Of a stretch of 64,000 nt of DNA, positions 31,639 to 41,166 are shown in pieces. The stretch lies in the IMG/VR virus record IMGVR_UViG_3300028388_004019, positions 96,001-160,000 of that record; one strand, written 5' to 3'. Position 1 is the first letter of the stretch; every line of letters starts with the position of its first letter. The notes under the pieces were generated by a model. That model saw nothing but the letters and a program-made list of their open reading frames with translations. It ran no database searches and had not been told where the DNA came from. This DNA comes from a virus. Position numbers and translations under genes: made by a program.

Positions 31639-33408
31639 TTAATAAGTAGTACCTTGACGAGCCATTTCTTGTTGAATCATCTGAGTAAGATTGGCTAACG
31701 CGGTTGGGTCGGTTTGTAATGATGATAAAGACATACCACCACCCTGTAATTGAATGGTACCACTGTGGTTTACATTGAGGTCATCAAATGTTCCTCTAAC
31801 TACTTCAACCTTCATTGGGTCTGTATTGGTCACTTTTGCTACATTAACAGGAATAACCGCACTTGGTACTACACCTGAACCCGAACCTGAATTAGAACCA
31901 CTACCACCTGTATTATTACCACCAGGTAAATTAGGTAAACCTACACTTGGTAAATTATAATTTGGTAACGATACGTTTGGTAGGTTTAAGTTAGTAAGTC
32001 TTTGGTTGAAGGAATTAGCTAAAGACACACCTAATCCTTGTACACCCCTTTCAGAATACGCGGTAAATGCATCACTAAAAATACCTGCAGCATCTTTGAA
32101 TACATCATCAGTAACTTTAAACGCTTTTTGTACATTCTCAGGTGTAAGTGCTTCGCCTATCGTATCACTAATTGTTCCGGCAGTATCCTTTAATCTACTT
32201 TCTAATAATTCAAACTGTTCAGTAGCGGCAATACCTGCAACAACTCTTTTTGCAGGTTCTTTAAGTGTTGCCTCAATTTGTTCTAATACAGTAAGTTGTT
32301 CTCGTGCAATATCATCAGAATCTAAATTACTCTTTCTAAACGTTTCCTTTAGTGTTTCAATTTCAGCAGTAGTTAATTCTGTTGCAGATTTCAATTCATC
32401 TTGACCAGGTAGATTAAATTTAAGTTCACCACCATCAAACTGACCAATATTAGCTAAAAATTCTTTATCTTCATCAGTATATGTACCACCCAATAAATCT
32501 AATTGTGATAATGCCTCTTGTCGTTGTGCAGACTTAACCGCAGTATTTGCCAACTCTTCATAATCCATACCAAGAGCTTGTGCCTGTGCTCTCAAACGTC
32601 TCATTTCAGTTGCAGATATATCAAAACTTCCTGTTTCACTATTGAATGAAACCGCAGCACTCGCAGCATTTACAATAGACTCTTGAAGACCATCAATATC
32701 ATTTTGAGCCATGTTCATTAATTGGAACGGGTCTGCTAAAGCACCAACAGCACCACCCAACATTTGGAACTCAGCCGCTAAATTAATAGCTTCAGAAGGG
32801 TCAAGTAGTTTACCTGCCAAACTTGTAACATCAGCCATGTTAATTCTCAATGCCTGAGAACGAGCAACCATATTAGTGAATCCTTCAACTCCGTTTCTAA
32901 AATTGTAAGCGTTGATGAGTTTCACATTATCACCAACAGTTTTCAAGAATTGACCAGTATTTAGACCTAAAGAAGCCGCCCTTTTACGTGCACTTTCTAT
33001 TTGTTCAGCAGCTTGTGTAGGTCCAACACCAATTGAATCAAATCCCTCAACTAATGTTGCCATGTCTTCACCTGTAAGATTTGTGGCTTTTTGAATTGCA
33101 ATGAAACTCTCTAACTGTTGATTAGTTAAATATACATTTCGTTGCATGATAGTACCAATAGATGCCATCGTAGTGGCAACATCATTAGCACTAACACCAA
33201 GACCCGCCATGTTAGAAGTTGCCTCAGCAATTTCTTTTCTCATTTCAGCAGCTGCCGCGGCACCCTGACCAAAGACATCTGCCGAAACAGACTTCGCCGC
33301 CTTATCGAATTCTAAGATTGCTGATTGTAATTGTGTATAAGCTTGAGCAGCATTCTGAAATGCACCTTTCAAACTATCAGCACCACCACTATTATCTTGT
33401 AAAAACAT
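31639..33408 (-). CDS. Tape measure protein
   Basis: 589 aa, Ala/Leu/Gln-rich and helical; lies between the tail chaperones and the tube initiator. Confidence 0.7.
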   Translation of the reverse strand: MFLQDNSGGADSLKGAFQNAAQAYTQLQSAILEFDKAAKSVSADVFGQGAAAAAEMRKEIAEATSNMAGLGVSANDVATTMASIGTIMQRNVYLTNQQLESFIAIQKATNLTGEDMATLVEGFDSIGVGPTQAAEQIESARKRAASLGLNTGQFLKTVGDNVKLINAYNFRNGVEGFTNMVARSQALRINMADVTSLAGKLLDPSEAINLAAEFQMLGGAVGALADPFQLMNMAQNDIDGLQESIVNAASAAVSFNSETGSFDISATEMRRLRAQAQALGMDYEELANTAVKSAQRQEALSQLDLLGGTYTDEDKEFLANIGQFDGGELKFNLPGQDELKSATELTTAEIETLKETFRKSNLDSDDIAREQLTVLEQIEATLKEPAKRVVAGIAATEQFELLESRLKDTAGTISDTIGEALTPENVQKAFKVTDDVFKDAAGIFSDAFTAYSERGVQGLGVSLANSFNQRLTNLNLPNVSLPNYNLPSVGLPNLPGGNNTGGSGSNSGSGSGVVPSAVIPVNVAKVTNTDPMKVEVVRGTFDDLNVNHSGTIQLQGGGMSLSSLQTDPTALANLTQMIQQEMARQGTTY

Positions 33409-33423
33409 TTAGACTATTTTACT

Positions 33424-33431
33424 TATAAATA
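33424..33431 (-). promoter_or_regulatory. Candidate late promoter element TATTTATA
   Basis: 15 nt before the tape measure ATG 33408. Confidence 0.65.
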
Positions 33432-33433
33432 CC

Positions 33434-33586
33434 TTAACGTGAACTTTGTCTACGTTTCTCATTCAACTTTTCCATATCATCAATGTACTTTTTGATAAAA
33501 TACTTCCTCTCGAACGTAGGCATTTTAAGAAGGTCAGAATAGGAGAACCCCAATTCTTTGACACAATAATAAAACTCATCAAGCAT
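33434..33586 (-). CDS. gp51-like tail/baseplate assembly chaperone (50 aa, absent from the ORF track)
   Basis: MLDEFYYCVKELGFSYSDLLKMPTFERKYFIKKYIDDMEKLNEKRRQSSR; the S.S....MP..ER..Y pattern and position after the gp26-like gene. Confidence 0.75.
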   Translation of the reverse strand: MLDEFYYCVKELGFSYSDLLKMPTFERKYFIKKYIDDMEKLNEKRRQSSR

Positions 33587-33599
33587 AGCTTGACGGTAA

Positions 33600-34349
33600 T
33601 CAGAAGAAAGGACGAAAAAACTCCGCCCCGAAGGCGATACGTGTCGACACCTTTTCTCCTGACGGGGCTACAAAAACACGGTCCAAATCTAACTTCGGTT
33701 CCGCACCTTCCATTGTGTTTCTGATATACTTTGAATCAGCAATTGGAAGATTGACAATAGTTGATGATATATCTGCAGGGTCCTTAGAACCATCAAACTC
33801 AATAATCATTTTTTCTAATCTCTTAGTAACCACAGGAGCAACCATACCATCAGGGTATGCGTCTCTCATCTTTTGAAGGTCTTGAATATCTCTTTGATTT
33901 AAGATACGACACTTAACCGTTTTTTGACTAACAGGTAACATCAACTCAAATAAACCTTCACCATTTGGTTCAATAGTGGTCGGTTTAACATTTAACTCAT
34001 CTAATAAAATAGTCTGTTCAAAATCCTTCATTGTTTTAGGGTCACGAAGATTGAATGTATATTCAGGACCAAATGAAGTGTTTCTTAAAAAGATAAGAAT
34101 TGCTTCAACATCACATTCCAACAAATCCATCGGGTCGAAACCTGGTTCATAGATTTTACTTTTCAGTAAAGTCATAATGATATTATCACCATTTCTTTGA
34201 CCCAATAATGTATTTTCATCTTGAGCAGTTAAAAAACCTACTTTTATCGAGGACTTCCCACTCTTATAATACTTACCCTTTGAAGGTAGTTGTACCACGT
34301 CGTGAGGTAGGTTGAAGTCTTGTTGTCCGTATTGTGCTGCGTTATCCAT
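33600..34349 (-). CDS. gp26-like baseplate hub / tail assembly chaperone
   Basis: VQLPSKGKYY...KVGFLTAQDENTLL; ends EFFRPFF; between the tube and tape measure genes. Confidence 0.75.
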   Translation of the reverse strand: MDNAAQYGQQDFNLPHDVVQLPSKGKYYKSGKSSIKVGFLTAQDENTLLGQRNGDNIIMTLLKSKIYEPGFDPMDLLECDVEAILIFLRNTSFGPEYTFNLRDPKTMKDFEQTILLDELNVKPTTIEPNGEGLFELMLPVSQKTVKCRILNQRDIQDLQKMRDAYPDGMVAPVVTKRLEKMIIEFDGSKDPADISSTIVNLPIADSKYIRNTMEGAEPKLDLDRVFVAPSGEKVSTRIAFGAEFFRPFF

Positions 34350-34361
34350 ATCTTATATAAT

Positions 34362-34394
34362 AAAAAAACCATAGAGAGTTTCCCCTCTATGGTT
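34362..34394 (-). terminator. Rho-independent terminator after the tube gene
   Basis: AACCATAGAGGG-GAAA-CTCTCTATGGTT then a T run; the G-U wobble is valid only on the - strand. Confidence 0.8.
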
Positions 34395-34432
34395 AAATAT
34401 AAATGAACTGATTTTTTCGTAAATAGTATATC

Positions 34433-34921
34433 TTAGTAAACTAATACACATCTATCTGGACGAAGAGTTGCCGTGATAGTTGCAATACCATCATCAGAAT
34501 AACCCAACGAATCAAAGTTTACATCCGTTAAGAATGTACCTTGTAAAATCCACTTTTCAACTGCCACACCTGTTGGGTCTAACATTTCCAAGTTGATGTT
34601 TTTCTTATAACCTGCAGCGTATCCCATACGACCCGTTACAGATTCTGCGTGTAAACGAACCCACTCCATCAACGCTTGAGAAGCAGAAGGACCGATTGGG
34701 TCACGGAATGTTACGTTAATTGTGTTCCAAGTAAATCTACCTGCAACGTAAGTTGAAGTGTTCAAGAATGGTACTTCAACTGAATTGATTGAAACTTGAG
34801 GACGTGAAGTTGACTCCACATACCAAGAGTTGATACCCAATGATGAATCAAAAGTTAAGATGAACCTATTCTTTCTTTTTGGTTCATAAGGTATCGGCAT
34901 TTTCATTAATAAATCAGCCAT
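34433..34921 (-). CDS. Tail tube protein (gp19-like)
   Basis: EPKRKNRF...SRPQ...YVAGRFTWNTINVTFRDPI...LMEW...YKK...EKWILQGTF. Confidence 0.88.
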   Translation of the reverse strand: MADLLMKMPIPYEPKRKNRFILTFDSSLGINSWYVESTSRPQVSINSVEVPFLNTSTYVAGRFTWNTINVTFRDPIGPSASQALMEWVRLHAESVTGRMGYAAGYKKNINLEMLDPTGVAVEKWILQGTFLTDVNFDSLGYSDDGIATITATLRPDRCVLVY

Positions 34922-34956
34922 TGTATTTTCGTTTTTATATTTTTTTGTTTATTACT

Positions 34957-34964
34957 TATAAATA
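34957..34964 (-). promoter_or_regulatory. Candidate late promoter element TATTTATA
   Basis: 35 nt before the tube ATG 34921. Confidence 0.6.
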
Positions 34965-35037
34965 GTTGGACAAGTGAAAATTTTTCTATTTACTTTGTTT
35001 TGAAAAATTAGATTATATAGAAGCTAACTAGAAATTA

Positions 35038-35889
35038 TTATACTTCTTTTTTCTCTCCTCCTTTAGTTAAATAAGTTTTTACTGGTTTATCATCCTTATA
35101 TTCTTTATCTAAAAAATTCTTAATGCTTTCAATATTACCTGGGTCATCATCAGAAAAACCAATCATAGGAACGAAATTGTTTTTAATGTCGTTCTTAAAG
35201 AATGCTCTTTGATTTAATTTACCAGCCATATCCTTCACATAAGAGATAAAGTTTTTAAGGGCTTTAATTTTTCCTTCTTCAGGGTTCGCAGCACTACCTT
35301 CACCATAAGTTACAGGGTGGAACTTTAATAAGTCCAAATACGATTCAACAATATCATCATCAGTCATTTCGTCCTCACCAGAAATGTCTCTAAACTTCTT
35401 GAGGTTTGAGATTAACTCATCTTTACTTATACCCTTGTGATTGGTCATAATCATATTGTACACCGCATCTTTTAATACTGAAGGTGTATGTCCACGAGCA
35501 GTAATAATTGAGAATATTGAACCTCCATTGATTGCTTCAACAAAATCATCCCATGAAGGACCCGTCTCAGCAACCATTGCATCAACAATAAATTGTGAGT
35601 CACCTTCAGTTGTGAAGTTTCTATAAGGGTTTTCAGCATAACCAACAATAGTTTCACCTTTATAATCAAAAGGTTCTTTACCTAACACCCCACGATATTC
35701 TGCAAAGTCCTCAGTAGACATACCTACTTCTTTACCGTCCTCTGTTTTAACGATAATTTGAGTTGGCATCATCATAATGTTGTCATCCCAATCAAAAGCA
35801 TAATACTTCATATTAGGATTACCAGCTTCATCAAAACCTTCTTTGAGTTCTTTTTCCTCGATATATTCTCTTAATATTGTACGAATCAT
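35038..35889 (-). CDS. HAD-superfamily hydrolase (phosphatase-like)
   Basis: Motif I AFDWDDN, motif II ITARG, motif IV FSDDD. Confidence 0.65.
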   Translation of the reverse strand: MIRTILREYIEEKELKEGFDEAGNPNMKYYAFDWDDNIMMMPTQIIVKTEDGKEVGMSTEDFAEYRGVLGKEPFDYKGETIVGYAENPYRNFTTEGDSQFIVDAMVAETGPSWDDFVEAINGGSIFSIITARGHTPSVLKDAVYNMIMTNHKGISKDELISNLKKFRDISGEDEMTDDDIVESYLDLLKFHPVTYGEGSAANPEEGKIKALKNFISYVKDMAGKLNQRAFFKNDIKNNFVPMIGFSDDDPGNIESIKNFLDKEYKDDKPVKTYLTKGGEKKEV

Positions 35890-36032
35890 TACTTTGTTTC
35901 GTTTAACTTCTCAATTAATCTTTCTAATTGTTCTTCTGAAATTACAATGTTTTGTGATTTTTCAGAAAATGTTTTAACACCGTTACTTTCTACACTAAGG
36001 TGTTCCATTAAGTTTGATTTTTTAAATTCCAT
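35889..36032 (-). CDS. Small hypothetical protein (47 aa, absent from the ORF track)
   Basis: MEFKKSNLMEHLSVESNGVKTFSEKSQNIVISEEQLERLIEKLNETK; TAATG coupling with the HAD gene. Confidence 0.7.
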   Translation of the reverse strand: MEFKKSNLMEHLSVESNGVKTFSEKSQNIVISEEQLERLIEKLNETK

Positions 36033-36067
36033 GTTCTTATTTTAATTAAATGTTTAATAAGGCTAAT

Positions 36068-36090
36068 GGGGGTCACCATCGGTAACCCCC
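36068..36090 (-). other. GC-rich hairpin after the sheath gene, without a U tract
   Basis: GGGGGTTACC-GAT-GGTGACCCCC; begins 4 nt downstream of the TATTTATA element, so possibly a 5' stabilising or processing stem. Confidence 0.55.
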
Positions 36091-36094
36091 AATT

Positions 36095-36102
36095 TATAAA
36101 TA
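36095..36102 (-). promoter_or_regulatory. Candidate late promoter element TATTTATA
   Basis: Just after the sheath stop and immediately before a GC-rich hairpin. Confidence 0.55.
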
Positions 36103-36109
36103 TATCAAA

Positions 36110-39100
36110 TTAGATATCTTCGAAAGATGCTCCCGTTGGAGTAATCAAGAACTCAATATCGATGAATTCAAGTGCTCTCGTCGGTTTCAAGTAGATTTTA
36201 CCTGTCAACTGGTTGTTATCCAAATCTTCAGGTGTGTTTTCTACGACCACACGGAAGTCGATTAAACCTCTGTCTCTTCTAATAGAGTCTAAGATTGGGT
36301 TAACCGCATCTAAGAAGTCTTGTCTTACTTGGTCATCATTCTGTTCGAACAACAATCTTACAGCCACAGCTGAAATCAACTTACGAGCTTGTAACAACAA
36401 TCTTCTTACATTAATTCTGTCAAGTGCAGATTCTCTAACTTGTAGAGTCTTATTACCCCAAATTACTGTACCCACATCTGAGAATGTTGCTATTGGGTTC
36501 AATCTACCTTGGTATAATGTATCTCTATCTTCTTGAGTTAACTTCTTACGTGCTTTAACAGCATTTACCAAACCTCTTGTGTAACCCGCAGTTGCGAACC
36601 AAGGGAATGCGATGTTATCTGTTAATGCTAAGTTCTTAACAACCTCTGCCGTTGGTGGAATGTAGATTTGTGTGTTATTAGCACCGTCTCTAACCAAAAT
36701 CCAAGGATAATAAGTTGCTGTGTAGTTTGAATCAATATCTGACTCTTCCAAATTATCTACCGCTTCATCAGGATAAATGAAATCAGATTCAAATGCTGAA
36801 GTATTTGGAACAAACATATTATAGTCAGGAGTAGTACATATGTAGATTGAATCAGCTCTGTCAGTTTCAATCATATCTATAGCTTCCTCGACCAAATTAG
36901 AATGATTAGTGTAATCAATACCTGGTGTAGTGAAAATATTAATATTTACTGCTTCAGGGTTTTCGAATGTTTTTTGACCCAATAGGTAAGCGTAGTAATC
37001 ACTGTTTGCCCAATTATTAGAATCTTCACCTACAGTGATTTGTTTGAATTGACCCCATCCTGTTGCCGTAGGGAATGATACTGAAGGTGCTGCACCTTTC
37101 AAGTATGCAGTTCCACCTAAACGGAATGTGTCTTGATTCGAACGGAACTCTCTGTAGATATCCCAACCATCAAAACCACCTTTAGGAAGTAATGTAAACT
37201 TACGAGAGTTCAATCTATAATAAGGGTTAGACTGTGAAGTTGGTTCACTTCTGAATTCAGCCGCACCTACATCAAACGCAGTTTCACCTGATGTCACGTA
37301 CTCACCAGCAATCTTCACGACTGTTGCACCTGAGTCCATGTGGAAACCTTTTGTCAAGTAAGCCCAAGAGTTACCTTCGATAGCTGTACCGATGTTTGAA
37401 GGATTTTGTTTACCTTTATACATCAAGAAGTCAGAATCGATACCAATGGTATTTGAAACACCTAAATAAGTTTTTCTTACTTTATCACCAGCACTTCTTG
37501 TTGAGTTATCACCTCCCGAAGTTGTACCAAATGGTGGGTTATAAACTACCTCACCTGGTGTGTTGTATTTTGTTTTATATACTAAGAATGGACTCTTTAC
37601 TCCTGAATATTCTCTAAAGTCGTAACCCTCGAAACCACAAGGAAGTGCATCGATTGGTGCATCTTCACTCATTTCAATCATAATATACTTAGACTTTAAC
37701 TCAAATTCACCATTAGAAGTACCTACTTTTTTAGCTACATAACCATTTTCATTTGGGTTCAAAGTACAATTAGTGAACTTCTCAATTACTACAGGATTAG
37801 CATCTGTATCGAAGAAGTCACGTACTAAAATATCGAACGTTAAGTTATTGAATGAAATGTTAGCAATAGATACTTTAACTTCATTGTTAGCAACGTTACC
37901 ATCTGAAATTGAAATAAATCTAAATAGTCTGTCAACTTGATTACCTCTCAACTCTGAAACTATAAACGGAGTTGATGGTGTTTGATATTGTTCTAAATAC
38001 CAACCAATAGATGTATTAGTACCATTATCTTCTCTCGCTGAAGGTAAAGCAGTTAAGTCACAGTTCAAACCACGTATTTTACCTAACTTGTATCCTTCTG
38101 TTAATAATGAGTAATATACTTCCTCTGCAAATAGTGGGAATTCACTTCTATTCTTACCGAAGTTTGTACCACCAAATACTTTATTAATATAGTTAGTATC
38201 TGTTAATGTGAATGATGTTTTGAATGTAAATGAATCACCCGCATTTGTAATACCTGAAATACCGAACGATGAGTAAGGATTTTTCTGTACTGACGCATAT
38301 TCACCTGAACAATCCATAACTACTTGTGATGTACCACTTGCCATATAAACAGGACCACCATCACTATTACTGTTAATACCTCTCGAACGTAGTGTTGCAA
38401 CAACAACATCATTGTATTCAGTAAACGCAGTAGCGTTATATGAAAGTACTGTACCACTGATTGTACCTGAGAAGTTACCACCACCCAAATCAGTAAAGTC
38501 ATTATTCATTACTGCATTAAATGAAATACCTGAGTATTCATTACCCGAACCTGGTTCGAAACATGCGTAATACCAAGGGTCCATCAATGAGTCATCATAA
38601 TCAGCAACAGAGTTGTATAAACCGTCAACACCTAAGTTGTTAGTTACAACAGTATAACCGTTACCTGTATATGTTGAATAAACTGAGTCTGTCAACACAC
38701 CCCATTGTGAAGAGGATGTACCTGATAATGAATTATCAAGGATAATATTGTGAATGAATGATTGTAGTTGACCCGACATCGTTGTTGAGTCACCATTATA
38801 TAATGTAATCGAGTCGTTGATGTAGTCACTTACAGGGTCAGAGAATGCACCCGTAAATTCTACCGTTGCTGAAGAACCTGTAGAACCAGTAAAAGTAACT
38901 GACCATGTTGATTCAGTTGGAGTATCCAATGTGTCAGGGTTTAAGTTTGCTTGTGTAGTGATAGACCAAGATGGACCAGCATCATAACCTGATAAACCTA
39001 ATACTCTTGTTACAAATAATTGATTAGATTGTTGTAAGTACGCCTTAGCAATATAAGCTGCCTCATATTTTGGAATCTGCGTATTCACAAATTTAGTTGG

Positions 39101-39289
39101 ATTTGTACCTCCGAAGTACGCTTGAAATTCGTCATATGAACTCACAAAAATAGGTTCGAAAGCGGGACCTGATAAAGTCTCACCAACAATACCCATAGTG
39201 GTTACACCCACACTCTGTGCCACGAAACTCAAGTCTCTTTCTGATGTATAAACACCTGGAGAAACAAAAACTTTGTTTGAACTTGCCAT
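36110..39289 (-). CDS. Contractile tail sheath protein (gp18-like) with large insertions
   Basis: VFVSPGVYTSERDLS N-terminus; TATYYPW, WFATAGYTRG, LYQGRLNPI, VIWGNKTL and ALDRINVRRLL C-terminal motifs. Confidence 0.95.
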   Translation of the reverse strand: MASSNKVFVSPGVYTSERDLSFVAQSVGVTTMGIVGETLSGPAFEPIFVSSYDEFQAYFGGTNPTKFVNTQIPKYEAAYIAKAYLQQSNQLFVTRVLGLSGYDAGPSWSITTQANLNPDTLDTPTESTWSVTFTGSTGSSATVEFTGAFSDPVSDYINDSITLYNGDSTTMSGQLQSFIHNIILDNSLSGTSSSQWGVLTDSVYSTYTGNGYTVVTNNLGVDGLYNSVADYDDSLMDPWYYACFEPGSGNEYSGISFNAVMNNDFTDLGGGNFSGTISGTVLSYNATAFTEYNDVVVATLRSRGINSNSDGGPVYMASGTSQVVMDCSGEYASVQKNPYSSFGISGITNAGDSFTFKTSFTLTDTNYINKVFGGTNFGKNRSEFPLFAEEVYYSLLTEGYKLGKIRGLNCDLTALPSAREDNGTNTSIGWYLEQYQTPSTPFIVSELRGNQVDRLFRFISISDGNVANNEVKVSIANISFNNLTFDILVRDFFDTDANPVVIEKFTNCTLNPNENGYVAKKVGTSNGEFELKSKYIMIEMSEDAPIDALPCGFEGYDFREYSGVKSPFLVYKTKYNTPGEVVYNPPFGTTSGGDNSTRSAGDKVRKTYLGVSNTIGIDSDFLMYKGKQNPSNIGTAIEGNSWAYLTKGFHMDSGATVVKIAGEYVTSGETAFDVGAAEFRSEPTSQSNPYYRLNSRKFTLLPKGGFDGWDIYREFRSNQDTFRLGGTAYLKGAAPSVSFPTATGWGQFKQITVGEDSNNWANSDYYAYLLGQKTFENPEAVNINIFTTPGIDYTNHSNLVEEAIDMIETDRADSIYICTTPDYNMFVPNTSAFESDFIYPDEAVDNLEESDIDSNYTATYYPWILVRDGANNTQIYIPPTAEVVKNLALTDNIAFPWFATAGYTRGLVNAVKARKKLTQEDRDTLYQGRLNPIATFSDVGTVIWGNKTLQVRESALDRINVRRLLLQARKLISAVAVRLLFEQNDDQVRQDFLDAVNPILDSIRRDRGLIDFRVVVENTPEDLDNNQLTGKIYLKPTRALEFIDIEFLITPTGASFEDI

Positions 39290-39320
39290 GTTTTTTTAAT
39301 ATCTTTAGAATTTATTTTAT

Positions 39321-39328
39321 TATAAATA
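39321..39328 (-). promoter_or_regulatory. Candidate late promoter element TATTTATA
   Basis: 31 nt before the sheath ATG 39289. Confidence 0.65.
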
Positions 39329-39365
39329 TTTGAGAAAATATCAAAAAACATTTACACCAGCACTA

Positions 39366-39373
39366 TATTTATG
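39366..39373 (+). promoter_or_regulatory. Candidate late promoter element TATTTATG
   Basis: Upstream of the divergent small ORF at 39415. Confidence 0.45.
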
Positions 39374-39414
39374 GGTTAGGGAGATTTTTTTCTGCCTTTT
39401 TTCACACTAATATT

Positions 39415-39564
39415 ATGAAAGATATAAAGAACATTAAGATATCCACAGAGGTCCATTCAACACTTAAAGAGTATTGTGATGAGAACGGTTTGAAGATGTA
39501 TAAGTTTTTAGAAAAGATGATTATGGAAAAATGTTCCCGTCCAAAAGATATCTACGGTGAGTAA
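39415..39564 (+). CDS. Small putative ribbon-helix-helix DNA-binding protein (49 aa, absent from the ORF track)
   Basis: MKDIKNIKISTEVHSTLKEYCDENGLKMYKFLEKMIMEKCSRPKDIYGE: beta strand followed by two helices; fills the intergenic gap. Confidence 0.6.
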   Translation: MKDIKNIKISTEVHSTLKEYCDENGLKMYKFLEKMIMEKCSRPKDIYGE

Positions 39565-40602
39565 TTAAACCAATTTAGCGGTAGTGAATATTTTTGATTC
39601 ACCATTACTATCTTTGGTAACAACAAACCTTACTAAATCATTAGTATTAATTTGAATTTTACTAATATTTTCACCCACATAATCACCGTTTATATAAACT
39701 TCGAAACTTTTTACGTTATAAGTTTCAGTAAGTATCAAATCGGCCGTATATGAAAATCTTTCACTTAGTTCGGTATTACCACTAACAAATAATAAATCTA
39801 CAGGAAACTCGTTTGGATTTTCAGGTTTAGGTTCTACTTTACGGTCTTTATTCAACAAAGGAATTTCATACATCGTTAATGTTCGTGAAATACCAGGACT
39901 CACTTCAAACTCTTCTTCATCCATTAAGAAACCTAACATCGTGAATTCATAGTTTTGGATGTAATATTTTCTTCTATCGATATCTAAAACAGACTCATCA
40001 GAAATGTTGTTTAATATAATAGGAATGTAATGACCTTTGATATTTGTATACGCTTGTCGAGAAGCGAAGTTTTGTAATACGTTTTTGTTGAATTCATTCA
40101 ACGACCTCATTCTGTTCACAAACAGTTTAACATTATAAGTAATATCAACAGGAATAGGTTGAGGTATTTTATAGACATCGACACCTTTTCTTTGTCCGTC
40201 CCAAGTTGGTACTTTAGCATAATAAAATTGTTTTCTATTTGGAATAGTATATTGTAATGATGGGTTGGTACCATAAGGAACTTCAGGTTGTCTTACCGTG
40301 GATATAAAAGGTGGTTTCACATTCTTATCCAAATCTTGGAAGTTCCATGTTTCAGTGAACTGAGACCAATTCTGTGTGGTGATAATAATATCAACAGTAG
40401 GTATAACCTTACCATCCATAAATGTTTTTAAGTCATTCTTAACAAAGTCCAACATACCACGGTCCAAATCTGCGTGACCGATACCTTTCGGCAAATAAGT
40501 TCCGTCCTTTTGAATATCTTCCAAAAGTTGTTCCCTTCTTGCAAGTCCCGTTTTATTAGGGATTAGGTCAAGTGTCTTTTTTATTTTCTTTGGTAACGCC
40601 AT
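39565..40602 (-). CDS. Tail completion / terminator protein (gp15-like)
   Basis: PQPIPVDITYNVKLF...MRSLNEF...ISDES...YYIQNYEFTMLG; upstream of the sheath gene. Confidence 0.6.
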   Translation of the reverse strand: MALPKKIKKTLDLIPNKTGLARREQLLEDIQKDGTYLPKGIGHADLDRGMLDFVKNDLKTFMDGKVIPTVDIIITTQNWSQFTETWNFQDLDKNVKPPFISTVRQPEVPYGTNPSLQYTIPNRKQFYYAKVPTWDGQRKGVDVYKIPQPIPVDITYNVKLFVNRMRSLNEFNKNVLQNFASRQAYTNIKGHYIPIILNNISDESVLDIDRRKYYIQNYEFTMLGFLMDEEEFEVSPGISRTLTMYEIPLLNKDRKVEPKPENPNEFPVDLLFVSGNTELSERFSYTADLILTETYNVKSFEVYINGDYVGENISKIQINTNDLVRFVVTKDSNGESKIFTTAKLV

Positions 40603-41117
40603 TAGATTCCGTTGAATTCATCATTTGATACCGGCGATGCAGTGATACTGCGGTAATATGGTTTATAACCACCATAAGTGTGCCTGTTATCCGAGGTGAT
40701 ACGACCGTCATCAACGACGGAATAATATCTAACTCTATCTTCTTTTTCATAATAACCAATGTAGTCTCCGAACTCAATCTCGACACCCATCTCATCTAAG
40801 TAAGATTGATAGATACCTACTTTGAGATTACCTGGTTCTACCTGTCCAATTCTTGAGTTCCCCATAAACGCATTTGTTGGTGCTTCAATCTGAACATAAC
40901 CTTTAAGTTCCACAGGTGCCTGGTACTGAATACCTTCAGACACAACCTCACCATAGACATCGTCTTTTTTTGTCCTTTGTTTATCAACACGATACAACAC
41001 AAACGTAAAGTTCATATCCCCGTGCAACCATTCTTGGCCGAGGGATATGTCTAAATCAAAATCTTCTTCTGCGAAGAATTTGTTTAATCTCGTTATTGGA
41101 ACTTTTCTTTGACTCAT
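40602..41117 (-). CDS. Neck / head-completion protein (gp14-like)
   Basis: VLYRVDKQRTKKDDVYGE...IEFGDYI; ATG at 41117 preferred over TTG at 41120. Confidence 0.65.
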   Translation of the reverse strand: MSQRKVPITRLNKFFAEEDFDLDISLGQEWLHGDMNFTFVLYRVDKQRTKKDDVYGEVVSEGIQYQAPVELKGYVQIEAPTNAFMGNSRIGQVEPGNLKVGIYQSYLDEMGVEIEFGDYIGYYEKEDRVRYYSVVDDGRITSDNRHTYGGYKPYYRSITASPVSNDEFNGI

Positions 41118-41120
41118 CAA

Positions 41121-41149
41121 TTGATAAATATTAAGAAAATGATTATTAT
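41121..41149 (+). promoter_or_regulatory. Sigma70-like promoter TTGATA-N17-TATTAT
   Basis: Upstream of the SNF2 helicase ATG 41167. Confidence 0.55.
41123..41130 (-). promoter_or_regulatory. Candidate late promoter element TATTTATC
   Basis: 5 nt before ATG 41117; overlaps the -35 box of the opposite-strand promoter. Confidence 0.6.
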
Positions 41150-41166
41150 TAAAGGTATTTGGCTGT

